From: Octopus sinensis
Taxonomy: Eukaryota
Direction of reading: 5' to 3'
DNA: 64,000 nt
NCBI RefSeq assembly: GCF_006345805.1
Contig: NC_043000.1
Location: 3,906,001-3,970,000 of the forward strand
Position numbers and translations under genes: made by a program. Of the stretch, positions 22,599-35,956 are shown one piece after another. Under the pieces are notes generated by a model. The model was not told the origin of the DNA and made no database searches. It saw nothing but the letters and a program-made list of their open reading frames with translations. Position 1 is the first letter of the stretch. Every line of letters starts with the position of its first letter.

Positions 22599-24518
22599 TA
22601 CGACGGGCTTCTTTCAGTTTCCATCTACCAAATCCACTCACAAGGCTTTGGTCGGCCCGAGGCTATAGTAGAAGACACTTGCCCAAGGTGCCATGCAGTG
22701 GGACTGAACCTGGAACCATGTGGTTGGTAAGCAAGCTACTTACCACACAGCCACTCCTATGCCTAGGTTGTTTTTTCCTTTGTCATGTGTTGTTGCTTTT
22801 AACCCTTTAGCATTGAGATTACTCTATTAAATGTAATACTTATTTATTTACGTTGTATTGCATTAATCTCACATTATCTTGTAGCTTCAATATTTCAATG
22901 ATATGATTGTTTATCTTTAGAATGACATTGTAGGGTATGTGTGAGAGGCTAAATCTAGTCAGTTTAAATATAAAACATGTAGAATATTTTCGCTCAGATA
23001 TGGTAGGTTTAATTTGTGATTGATACTTCTGTAACTTTGGTATTTTTTTTCTTAGTATGGATGTCAGTGTTATGCAAACCCATTTTCACCTTTGGGAAGA
23101 AGTATGATCCATATCAGTCTGGTCTCTATTCCTTGACCTGTACAACATCAGAAGACCTACGAGGAACTTGCACTCTGCTTGCATAATTCTCAGAGTCATT
23201 GAGGTACACAAGCCACCACAAGCATAACAAAGCCTGGCCATTGTGATGAATTTTACTTCTATGTTGTACATAAAAGTGGCAAGTTGGCAGAATTGTTAAC
23301 ACACCAGGCAAAATGCTTATGGTATTTCATCTGTCCTTACATCCTGGGTTCAAATTCCGTCAAGACCAGCTTTGCCTCTCATCCTTTCAGGGTCAATAAA
23401 ATAAGTACCAGTTGAGCACTGGGGTCGATGTAATTGACTTAACTACTCCTGGGTGAAAGTATATAAACTGAACCCATCTGTCAAGCCATGTGGCAGAGTA
23501 AGCTCATCAAACCAGTATGATCTAAAGCTCAAATTCATGGCTTCGACATCAACTGTGCCAGGTTCTCGGTGCCCAAACAGCTATGCCCAGTTGTCTCATT
23601 TCGTGACAGTGAGGCAAAGGTGTTCACATGATCGTACATTTAAATCTGTATCTGTGTTGTGAGAAGAGAACAAGAACTTCAACTCTCTGGAATTCCCTCC
23701 TTAGAAACACTGAGCTACAAATACTTTAGCTGAACATATACCATGGCAACCTCACTAGATTGGGACTCTCCTCTCTCCTCTTCTGACTCTTGTAAAGAGA
23801 AAATAAAAACAGAAGAAAGTAGATTGCTTAAAGAGTAGTTAATTTAGTGTTAATATAATGCAAAGGTCTTTAAAAGGTTAATAGTTATGTGGGAAAGGAA
23901 CAACATAGTCTCTGACTATTATTGTAATTAATATACCAAATACAAGGGATAACTTCAGATGTGTTTCTCCATTATGATCTCTTCAGGAAAGCATAATCTT
24001 CACCATATTTTCTGAGGAAATGATGGGATTGTTATTAAATAAATATACAAGGATGTAAGCTGATTGGTGTAGAAAAGCAAAATAAGGTTTGAAAATAAAT
24101 TAATTGGAAACACAATCAGTATGCAAAAATGTTAATGTTAACATATTTATTGTGTGTGTGTGTGTGTGTTTTCATCATTATTTAATGTCTGCTTTCTATG
24201 CTGGAATGTATTGGATGGTATGACGGAATCTGATGGGTCACACTAGGTCAGGCCCAGGGTCTACTTTGGTATGGCTTCTACAGCTGGATGCTCGTCTTTA
24301 TGCCAACCACTTTACAAAGTGTCCTGGGTGTGTTTTTTTAGTCCGTGTATGTGTGTGGCACCAGCACTAGTGATAATTGCCTTGTTAACTTACAAGACGA
24401 AGAGCCTACAGAAACCCCTATAACTTAGGAAGAGCGGACAGTTCTCAGCATGGCTGCTGCCCTGTGGAGTGGGTTCAGGACTGAAACCAATAAAAGAAAA
24501 TTATATATATATATATAT

Positions 24519-24823
24519 GTGGAGGCGCAATGGTCTATTCGTTAGGGCAGCGGACTCGCGGTCGTAGGATCGCGGTTTCGATTCCCAGACCGGGCGTTGT
24601 GAGTGTTTATTGAGCGAAAACACCTAAAACCTCCACGACGCTCCAGCAGGGGGTGGTGATCCCTGCTGTACTCTTTCACCACTCTTTCTCCCACTCTATC
24701 TTCTGTTGGCCTGCTCGCTTAGCCAGCGGGGTGGCGTCATTCAAAGGCTAAAAGAATGCGAACGCATTGTGACCAGCGATGTGTAAAAACATCTGATGGT
24801 CTGGTCGGTCACGTGATCATGTG
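24519..24823 (+). mobile_element. tRNA-derived SINE, third family; related heads at 17859-18170 (+) and 19878-20002 (-)
   Basis: ggaggcgcaatggtc..gttagggcagcggactc...ggtttcgattccc...tttattgagcgaaaacacct; inserted in a (TA)n tract. Confidence 0.75.
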
Positions 24824-24872
<49 letters not shown>

Positions 24873-25488
24873 GGGGCAATTCTATCGTAACTGACACAAC
24901 ATTTACAAGAATTTTTTAATATTAAAAATGTTCTAGTATCTTACTCAAATTAACTGAAACGTAATGACCCATGAATATTTTAATTGCTGTGGCCCATAAA
25001 TATTGTTACATTGTCTTTGAGTATTTATTCTTTGAGAGAATAAATACTTGTGTAACCAACGCAACAGAAAAAAAACACATGATATTTAACTTGGTAGTAC
25101 TTATGCTGGGAACCCTATGTAGGAAATTTGCATGTGCAAACAACTTTTATATCAAAAGAAACCTGAAGTGGTATGAATGTTATACATGCTTTCATATCCA
25201 ACAGTGTTGGTTAATATATACTGTAGTGCCTTTGGTAAAATGTAACCAATGCACGTAAGGTACATATGACTGATGCAAGATTTCCACCTAGAAATATGTA
25301 ACTGATGCAATACTGAAACTTGGATACCAATTAGTATTCCACGCATTTATTTTAATCAATCAGGAACATGAGGAATTGATCAAAAAGTGAAAACACACAC
25401 ACTATGTATTCAAAATGTGTGCTGCACTTGGACACAAAGTTCTAAATAATGTTTCTTGAAGCTTATTGAACATTCCACAGACATGCAC

Positions 25489-27368
25489 ATCTATTTCTTT
25501 ACTACCCACAAGGGGCTAAACACACAGAGGACAAACAAGGACAGACAAATGGATTGAGTCGATTATATCGACCCCAGTGCGAAACTGGTACTTATTTAAT
25601 CGACCCCGGAAGGATGAAAGGCAAAGTCGACCTCGGCGGAATTTGAACTCAGAACGTAGCGGCAGACGAAATATCTATTTCTTTACTACCCACAAGGGGC
25701 TAAACACACAGAGGACAGACAAATGGATTAAGTCGATTACATCGACCACAGTGCGAAACTGGTACTTATTTAATCGACCCCGGAAGGATGAAAGGCAAAG
25801 TCGACCTTGGCGGAATTTGAACTCAGAACGTAGTGGCAGACGAAATATCTATTTCTTTACTACCCACAGGGGCTAAACACACAGAGGACAAACAAGGACA
25901 GACAAATGGATTGAGTCGATTATATCGACCCCAGTGCGAAACTGGTACTTATTAATCGACCCCGGAAGGATGAAAGGCAAAGTCGACCTTGGCGGAATTT
26001 GAACTCAGAACGTAGCGGCAGACGAAATATCTATTTCTTTACTACCCACAAGGGGCTAAACACACAGAGGACAAACAAGGACAGACAAATGGATTGAGTC
26101 GATTATATCGACCCCAGTGCGAAACTGGTACTTATTTAATCGACCCCGGAAGGATGAAAGGCAAAGTCGACCTCGGCAGAATTTGAACTCAGAACGTAGC
26201 GGCAGACGAAATATCTATTTCTTTACTACCCACAAGGGGCTGAACACACAGAGGACAAACAAGGACAGACAAATGGATTGAGTCGATTATATCGACCCCA
26301 GTGCGAAACTGGTACTTATTTAAATGACCCCGGAAGGATGAAAGGTAAAGTTGACCTCGGCGGAATTTGAACTCAGAACGTAGCGGCAGACGAAATATCT
26401 ATTTCTTTACTACCCACAAGGGGCTAAACACACAGAGGACAAACAAGGACAGACAAATGGATTGAGTCGATTACATCGACCACAGTGCGAAACTGGTACT
26501 TATTTAATCGACCCCGGAAGGATGAAAGGCAAAGTCGACCTTGGCAGAATTTGAACTCAGAACGTAGCGGCAGACGAAATATCTATTTCTTTACTACCCA
26601 CAAGGGGCTAAACACACAGAGGACAAACAAGGACAGGCAAATGGATTGAGTCGATTACATCGACCACAGTGCGAAACTGGTACTTATTTAATCGACCCCG
26701 GAAGGATGAAAGGCAAAGTCGACCTTGGCGGAATTTGAACTCAGAACGTAGCGGCAGACGAAATATCTATTTCTTTACTACCCACAAGGGGCTAAACACA
26801 CAGAGGACAAACAAGGACAGACAAATGGATTGAGTCGATTATATCGACCCCAGTGCGAAACTGGTACTTATTTAATCGCCCCCGGAAGGATGAAAGGCAA
26901 AGTCGACCTTGGCGGAATTTGAACTCAGAACGTAGCGGCAGACGAAATATCTATTTCTTTACTACCCACAAGGGGCTAAACACACAGAGGACAAACAAGG
27001 ACAGACAAATGGATTGAGTCGATTATATCGACCACAGTGCGAAACTGGTACTTATTTAATCGACCCCGGAAGGATGAAAGGCAAAGTCGACCTTGGCAGA
27101 ATTTGAACTCAGAACGTAGCGGCAGACGAAATATCTATTTCTTTACTACCCACAAGGGGCTGAACACACAGAGGACAAACAAGGACAGGCAAATGGATTG
27201 AGTCGATTACATCAACCACAGTGCGAAACTGGTACTTATTTAATCGACCCCGGAAGGATGAAAGGCAAAGTCAACCTTGGCGGAATTTGAACTCAGAACA
27301 TAGCGGCAGACGAAATACTGCTCAGCATTTTGCCCGGCGTGCTAACATTTCTGCCAGCTCGCCACCCT
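25489..27368 (-). repeat. Tandem array of 10 x 184-bp SINE bodies behind a single SINE head
   Basis: Unit starts at 25489, 25673, ~25846, 26029, 26213, ~26397, 26581, 26765, 26949, 27133; the head with A box occurs once at about 27317-27368. Confidence 0.95.
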
Positions 27369-28528
27369 TACAGGCATGCAAACCCTTAACGCAGTAAAAT
27401 TGTACTTGTTCAATATGTACTCTTATGTCAATCTATGTTTAATAAATACATTATAAAATGTGTGTTTAATTATGGTGGACATACAAAAATACACAACATT
27501 ACTTTTTGTTACTGCTGCTGCTGCTACTACTATTACCACCACCACCACCACCTCCTCTTCTTTCTTTCTTTCTTTCTTTAGAATGTAAAAAGAAAGTTGT
27601 GCTGGAAGTAATATCTTTTTCAATATTCTGTCAGTTCTAGAGACTTCCATTATGGTTCATTAATGGAGATTGGCATTAAGTATAATTACTTGTTGTGTCC
27701 TCTTAGCAGGGTGATGGAAACAGCAAGCTGGGGCTGTTTGTTTCTAATTATCTGATGAGAGAATAATTAATTGCTACAAGTTTCATAATTAATCAGATTA
27801 GGATTACCACTGGCACTGATACCAGTTTTATATCTTCCTCATTTAAAAGCTAGCCACTTGAAATGTTTCAGGATTTCCCTCAATTTCTTCATCAATTTAT
27901 CATTATGTTAGTAGAGATACAGCTTGATGTCTACAATTATGGAAAATTTGTGGTGGTTTCTATTTGTAGTGAAAGCCATTTTAGTAAAAGGCTGAAAATG
28001 GACGGTATGGTATGGTATGGTGGTGCGGTGTGAATACAAGTGCATAATATTTCAAGGTTGTAATTAATCTTATCTTTAGAGTGGTTATTGGTTACTCTTT
28101 TACTTGTTTCAGTCATTTGACTGCGGCCATGCTGGAGCACCGCCTTTAGTCGAGCAAATCGACCCCAGGACTTATTCTTTGTAAGCCCAGTACTTATTCT
28201 ATCGGTCTCTTTTTTGCCGAACCACTAAGTGACGGGGATGTAAACACACCAGCATCAGTTGTCAAGCAATACTAGGGGGACAAACTCAGACACACAAACA
28301 CACACACATATATATACATGTATACGACAGGCTTCTTTCAGTTTCCGTCTACCAAATCCACTCACAAGGCATTGGTTGGCCCGGGGCTATAGCAGAAGAC
28401 ACTTGCCCAAGATGCCACGCAGTGGGTCTGTACCCGGAACCATGTGGTTGGTTAGCAAGCTACTTACCACACAGCCACTCCCGCACCTATTTACAGAATT
28501 TATATTAGTACACAGTATAATCTACATT

Positions 28529-28770
28529 TGTGGAAGCGTGTGGCTTAGTGGTTAGGGTGTCAGCATCATGATTGTAAGACTGTGGTTTCGATTCCTGGAT
28601 CGGGCGACGCGTTGTGCTCTTGAGCAAAACAATTCATTTCACGTTGCTCCAGTCCACTCAGCTGGCAAAAATGAGTAATGCTGCCATGGACTGGCGTCCC
28701 GTCCAGCTGGGGAACACATATGCCATTGAAACTGGGAAACCGGGCCCATGAGCCTGGCCAGGCTTTAAAA
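28529..28770 (+). mobile_element. tRNA-derived SINE, fourth family; related copies at about 5060-5370, 7530-7735(-), 34340-34520, 48805-49320
   Basis: tggcttagtggttaggg A box, ggtttcgattcc B box, cttgagcaaaaca...ccactcagctggcaaaaatgagta body. Confidence 0.7.
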
Positions 28771-29589
28771 GGGTACATTTATTTTATTATCATAATCTAC
28801 ATTAGGTGCAGGCATGACTGTATGGTTAAGAAGATTACTTCCCAACCATGTGGTCTTGGGTTCAGTTCCACTCTGCGGCACTTTGGGAAAGTGTCTTCTG
28901 GTATAGTCCCAGGTCAGCCAAAGCCTTGCGGGGGGATTTGATAGACAACAGCTGAAAGAAGCCCATTGTTTGTGTGTGTGAGTGTGTGTGTGTCCTAGTC
29001 TTGATATTACACGATGTTTGTAAATGAGCATCACTGTCATACTAACGAGGTTGTTTCTAGTTTTCCCTGCAAAACATGTTTGGCCATAGAGAAATATTAC
29101 CTTGCTTGGAGACAGGTGTTGGTTGGTGACAGGAAGGGCATCCAGCTGTTGAAAATCTGCTTCAGCAAGTTCTGTTTGACTCATTGCAAGCATTGTTGTT
29201 GTTGTTTTGATTTGTTCCTCTCAGAACAAATCAAAATCAAAACATAGTGGATATAAAGATGGTCTCAGACTGGATTCCAACTGAGAAAGACCATTTTATT
29301 TTTGTTTAACCCTTTAGCATTCAGATTATTCTGTTAAATGTTCTGTTTATTTATTCATATTAGTTTCAATGAATCACACATTAATTCATAGATTTCATAT
29401 TTCAATGATGTGATTGTTTAGTTTTAGAATGACCCTGAAGGATGGGTGCCAGAGGCTGGTTTTGACTGGTTTGAATATAAAACACCTAGAATATTTGGGC
29501 CTGATATGACCGATTTAAATGCTAAAGGTTTAAACCCCTTGAATTACCGGCAACTTCACACTTGGTTTAGAATTAAGATCTGATGTTGG

Positions 29590-30440
29590 AATTCTTCCTG
29601 GGATTTGTTACAACTGCTCCCAACTATGGTCCTCAGAGAGTGTGAAACAAGCTGTTGAACTCAAAGCAATCCAGTGCCAATACCCCAAAAACAAATTGGC
29701 TCCTTGCAAAAGATTGGCTAGTGGGAGAGGCCAAAAGAGGTGAGTCTCTATTCCCTTGGGAGAAGACGAGAGAGATGTGTAGTGATATATATTTGGAAGA
29801 TCTTAGAGGGTTTAGCTCCCAATTTTGGAATTGACAGCTATACCAATCCCCGAACTGGACGGCACTGCATCATACCTAAGATCCTGTATTACCCATCTAA
29901 AATAAGGACACAGTACTGCAATAGTCTGGGTTTCAAGGGCCTGCAATTGTTCAACATCTTGCCAGGCAACCTTAGAGATCTACATGGTATTGATGTGGAT
30001 GTTTTCAAGGAATGTCTGGCCCGGTTTCTATCTGAGATACCAGATGAACCCACATTGCGACATGAGAAACAAAGGAAAGCAGCTCTGTCCATCTCACTAA
30101 TTCACCAAAAACAATACCTGTTTCTTTATTACTCACAAGGGGCTAAACAAAGAGGAGACAAACAAGGACAGACACACGGATTAAGTCGATTACATCAACC
30201 CCAATGCGTAACTGGTACTTATTTAATCGAGCCCGAAAGGATGAAAGGCAAAGTCAACCTTGGCGGAATTTGAACTCAGAACGTAACGGCAGACGAAATA
30301 CGGCTACGCATTTCACCCAGTGTGCTAACGTTTCTGCCAGCTCGCCGCCTCAAAAACAATACCAGAACAACACTGAGTAAATACAGGTGGTGCACCAGTG
30401 TGACCTCAGCCCTGAGCTGGAACCAGTAAAAGATAAAGGA
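29590..30440 (+). mobile_element. LINE 3' fragment (CR1/L2 group, second family), interrupted by a SINE at 30119-30349
   Basis: LYSLGRRRERCVVIYIWKILEGLAPNFG...GLQLFNILP...DVFKECLARFLSEIPDEP; upstream degenerate YGPQRV*NKLLNSKQSS region; the SINE is flanked by TSD caaaaacaatacc. Confidence 0.75.
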
Positions 30441-32292
30441 TAAATCCAGAAGACATTTGATGGCAATCAGACATGGTATCAGCTAAAATGTTCTGTAGAT
30501 GTATATGTGGTAAATGTACTCTGAGTTTAGTAGTAGTGCAAGGAGTTTACAATTTTGATAACACTTTATCTGAAGCTTTTCAACATTTCAGGTAATATTT
30601 TTACCATTACTGTTTGGCAAACTTTGTGTAAGGGCGCTAACAAAAATATCGCATCATATTGTTGATCAGATTTAAAAAGATATTTCTTTTCCTTTTCCTT
30701 CATGCCACGTTGGTATAATTCTTCACAGCTGGTTAGTTGCTTTAATGAAGTTGAGAGAACTAAATAGAATATACAAATTTATTAAGTAGCTTGAAGCAAG
30801 GTAACAATAAACCCTGTGTGTGGCGAGACATTAAGTAAATAAATAGAATTATGTCTGCGATAAAGTATAACTGAGATGGATAACATCTCTCTCTGGCAAA
30901 CCAGAAGAAGAAATGAATTTATTTGGCTAAAATTTTGCTCTTTATTTTGGTATATTTGTTTGACTAAACTCTTGAAAGCAAAGCCCCAGCATGGCTGCAG
31001 TTCAGTGACTGGAACACAATTAAAGATAAAGATTTTTGGGATTTATTTAGAACAGAATGTTGTTGTAGTAGTAGTAGTAGTAGTAGTAAATATGGTAGGA
31101 TATGGTAATAATCTTCTTTATATTCATTGGTGGTAGCCTTTATTTACCTTTAGCAACAAAGTTAGCAACTCCATGTTAATCATCTAAATGTAGGTGCAGA
31201 CTCATATGGCTGTGTGGTAAGAAGCTTGCTTCCCAACCACATGATTTCAGGTTCAGGCCCATTGTTTGGTACCTTGGGCAAGTGTCTTCTACTCTAGCCT
31301 TGGGTTGACCAAAGCCATATGAGTGGATTTGGTAATTTGTTATATATATGTATGTGTGTTTGTGTCTGTGTTTGTCCCATAATACCACTTCACAACTGGT
31401 GTGGGTGCATTTACATCCCTGTAACTAGCAGTTTGGCAAAAGAGATCAATAGAATAAAGTACTAAACTTAAAAAAAGAAGTACTGGTATCAATTCATTCA
31501 ACTAGAAATTCTTAAAGGTGGTGCCCCAGCATGGCTGTGGACTAGTGACTGAAACAAGTAAAAAATGGTTGGCCAGAATCTTTGTACAATTGGATTTCTT
31601 TGGTCCAGTGTTTGGACAGTGTGTTATATCTATCAAACGCATGTACAACTCCTTGCAGAAGCCATACTAAGCATATTAACTGTTTTGTCTCCAGATCTGC
31701 ATTCTTCTGATACTTTCAACAGCTACTAGACAAACCTATCCCTTCCTCAAAGAAGGCTAAAAAAAAAATGGTCTATGGATACCCACTCTTCTTAGATCAG
31801 CATTTTACAACCATCTTTTTATCTATGGACCCCTTTGATTCCTATTTTACTTGGATGGACCCTTCTAGCCATCTGATGGTTAAAAAATCACATATTTTTA
31901 TAATTAAATATTATTTAGGAATTGTATTAAAAAAAATTGATAAAATATTTTGTGTACTGTGGAAGTATAACCAATTTATTGCAGGATAAATTCTTATAAA
32001 AAAATCCTATATAGATCCCAGTTGAGAACCACTGCTTTTTAGATAAATGAATAAGAAAAAAAAAAAGGATCTTCGGAAATATTTGCTGGATAATGAAATA
32101 TTTAATCCTGTTTGTTAATCTATTGGTTGATTAGGCTACTATTAACTGTCATGACTTCAGCATCAGGTTACTACAAAGGTAAAAAGAAAGAAATCAAAGC
32201 ATGAAAGTAGTAAGACAGTTATAACTAATATAGGGATACAATCAAATTGAATACAATACCATTTGGGTTAGTATCTGGACATAAAAACCTAA

Positions 32293-32513
32293 ATGAGGGG
32301 GTATAGAAAAAATCGAGGTTTTAAGGGTGTTGCAAAAGGCCTGGTTGGAGGCTCAGCCTTCCAAGTCCTTTTACAGGGCTTAGAAAAACTGATGGACTAC
32401 TGCAATAAGTGTGTGAATCTGGGAGGGGAATATGTTGAATAGAATCATTATTAAGTGATCCTCTTGAATTTTCTTTTACCCAAAGCCAGGAACTTTTCAG
32501 CACCCTCTTGTAT
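32293..32513. mobile_element. Mariner-type MITE
   Basis: gagggggtatagaaaa ... ttttcagcaccctcttgta degenerate TIRs. Confidence 0.55.
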
Positions 32514-34604
32514 GCCCCTGTAAAACACAAGTGAAAATGTGTAAGGCCTTACATATTGGGGTTGATCCCTTTTTATTTAGAAGGTACTTAACTGTAAACA
32601 AACCTGTTTCTACAATACTCTTTTTACTCTTTTACTTGTTTCAGTCATTTGACTGTGGCCATGCTGGAGCACCGCCTTCAGTCGAGCAAATCAACCCCAG
32701 GACTTATTCTTTGTAAGCCTAGTACTTATTCTATCGGTCTCTTTTGCCGAACCGCTAAGTTATGGGGACATAAACACACCGGCATCAGTTGTCAAGCAAT
32801 GGTGGGGGGACAGATACAGACAAGCAAACATACACACACATATATATATATGCATATACACGACGGGCTTCTTTCAGTTTCCGTCTACCAAATCCACTCA
32901 CAAGGCTTTGGTCAGCCCAAGGCTATAGTAGAAGACACTTGCCCAAGATGCCACGCAGTGGGACTGAACCCGGAACCATGTGGTTGGTAAGCAAGCTACT
33001 TACCACACAGCCACTCCTGTGCCTATGAATAGAATTTTTTAGACCTATCTAACCTATGCAAAAAAGTGAAATCTCAGGCAAAAATACTAAAATTTTAAGT
33101 GTTTGCCAACAAGTGGACGAAGACTGAGAAATTTGGAAATACATCTACTTGAAGATGATAATAATAATGGTAAAGACTTTTGCAATTGTTGAGAACTGTG
33201 GAATACAACATCATTGTAACTGTTTCTTTATAATTGCCTACATTATTATGAATGCCTTCCAGTCATTCCACTTATTAGATCTACATGTTTCAATGGTTTA
33301 GATTTTATTCAAGCAATTCTCTTCAATACAGCTTTTAGAATATGACTTATACTCTGTTATATATGCAATTATTGCTTTACAACAAGGCTTTCTAACAATT
33401 GTTACACTATATGGCTGCAGGCATGGCTCTTGGGTTGATTAACCTCTCTACATCGTATAAAATAGTTTGTTTTATGTATATTATTTATATAAAATATGTG
33501 GGGACACACACACACATGCATATATGTGTGTATGTAAAATATTTTTAGAACACCACTACAATTTCCTTCCATCATATTCTTCCCCTTGTCATATTTGTGA
33601 GAAAATAAGTTTAATCTAAATATGAATTTATAGAGTTACTCCTGGACAATATACTTCGTACATTAACTCCTAAGATTTTGACACACTCAGCACCAAATGT
33701 TACACATCTAAAAATACGAAATTGATAAAAAAAAAAAAAAAAAAAGAATATTGTCTCTGATGGCATTTCTTATTATTTCTACAATATCTGTTAAAATTAA
33801 ATTCATCAATCTAGTGACAATAAAAATTATCATTTGGCAAAATTTTATGGCAAAATATCTTGTGATATTCCTTTTGATTCTTTATACCCTGAATTAAATT
33901 CCACTGAGGTCAAGCGGAACGCATACTCTCTCTACTCTTTACTCTTTTACCTGTTTCAGTCATTTGACTGCGGCCATGCTGGAGCACCGCCTTTAGTCGA
34001 GCAAATCAGCCCCAGGACTTATTCTCTGTAAGCCTAGTACTTATTCTATCAGTCTCTTTTGTCAAACTGCTAAGTTACGGGGACGTAAACACATGAGCAT
34101 TGGTTATCAAGTGATGGTGGAGGAACAAATACTGACACACAAACATATACACAAACATACATATATATATATATACGACAGGCTTCTTTCAGTTTCCATC
34201 TACCAAATCCACTCAGGTCAGCCTGAGGCTATAGTAGAAGACACTTGCCCAAGGTGCCACTCAGTGGGACTGAACCCAGAATCATGTGGTTGGTTAGCAA
34301 GCTACTTACCACGCAGCCACTCCTGCGCCTATGTGTTGCTTTGTAGTTAAAGTGCTGGACTCATGATCATAACATTGTGGTTTTGATTCCTGATCCAGGT
34401 GACACGTTGTGTTCTTGAGCAAAACACTTAGTTTCATGTTGTTCCAATCCACTCAACTGACAAAAGTGAGTAATCTTGTGATGCACCACTGAAACTGGAA
34501 AATTATCCCCATGAGTCTATTTAACTGGAAAAAGCTCTTTATCCTGTCCTTACCCCAAGGTCGACTTTGCCTTTCAGCCTTTCGAAGGTTGATAAAATAA
34601 AGTA

Positions 34605-35110
34605 TTAGGTTGAGGAAAAAGTTTGAGTGCCATGTTAAAATAATGCTTTTTTATATATTTTTGTTGTGTGTGTGCTCATTCACTTCATACCTTTCAATGG
34701 TGACTTACTGTTGAAAAGTACCCAAGACTTATTAGTCGAAAATGTGCTTTGCTTCAACAAGACAATGCAAAGCTGCATACTGCCAGAAGACCAGCAACAA
34801 GATTGAAGAATTGGATGGTGGGGAAGTTCTACCATATCCAGCCTATAGTCCAGACATTGCTCCATCTGACTACGGTCTCTTCCGATCAATGCAGCATTTT
34901 ATGAAAGGTCACCAGTTTGAGTCATTCAATGAAGTTGAAGAAGTTGTCAAGAATTTTTTTATTCAACGCCAAAGGACTGGTACTTTGACCAAATCCAAAA
35001 GCTTGCAGATCATTGGCAGAAGGTCATGGAAAATGATGGTCTTTATTTTGAAGAATAGTTGTTGTTGATTTTAAATAAATTCTTGCATAAAAATTCATTA
35101 TTTTAACATT
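34605..35110 (+). mobile_element. Internally deleted mariner (DD34D) element
   Basis: TA|TTAGGTTGAGGAAAAAGTT terminus; QQDNAKLHTA and YPAYSPDIAPSDYGLFRSMQHF motifs in shifted frames. Confidence 0.85.
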
Positions 35111-35440
35111 AGTATTAGTCAAAAATCGGGATTGATTTAATCTACTTGCCCCATTTCCTAAGAAATTGCTTACATTGTTATGGATGATTCTTTTATGACT
35201 TCATTGCTTTCTGGCTTAGCTTAAGGTATTTTCGCTGCCGACATCACAAAATGCGTCTGAATAAGCATTGCCGGGCAGCAAATAGACTCGGACATTGCTT
35301 AGAAAATAATTTTCATTTTTAACCTCGTATATAGTACGCACTAGGGATTTTGACCTTTAAATTTAGGGGGAAAAATGCGGATTATACTCGAGGATTTATG
35401 GATTTACATTGTGCCTTCATAAAGTAAAATACCAGTTAAA

Positions 35441-35956
35441 TACCATAAATCCTCGAGTATAATCTGCATTTTCCCCACCAAATTTAAAGATCAAAATCCC
35501 TAGTGCTTACTATATACGAGGTTAAAAATGAAAATTATTTTCTAAGCAATATCCGAGTCTCTATTTTCTGTCCGGCAATGTTTATTCAGACGCATTTTGT
35601 GATGTCGGGTGCGAAAATACCTTAAGCTAAGCCTGAAAGCAATGAAGTCATAAAAGAATCATCCATAACTTGCAGGAAGCAACATTTATTAAATGTTATT
35701 ACTGTCATTTCTTTATTTTCTGCAAACAAAATGCACAAAAAAGCTACACATTTGCATTATGTTATATATACAATAATAATAAAGGACGTTACCGTATACA
35801 TTTTTATAAACCAAGGATGTTATATAGACCTCCTTGACTCAAGTTAGAGAAGGGGTGCGTATTATACACAAGGTTTAGGTTTTCCAGAGGTACAGCTCCC
35901 TAAAAATCCCCTGCGTATTATACTCAAGGGCGGACTATACTCAAGGATTTATGGTA
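35441..35956 (+). mobile_element. Tc1/mariner-superfamily MITE (TA-CC(G/A)TA termini)
   Basis: TACCATAAATCCTCGAGTATA ... TATACTCAAGGATTTATGGTA; deletion derivative at 18583-18826; partial inverted copy at 35178-35401. Confidence 0.8.
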
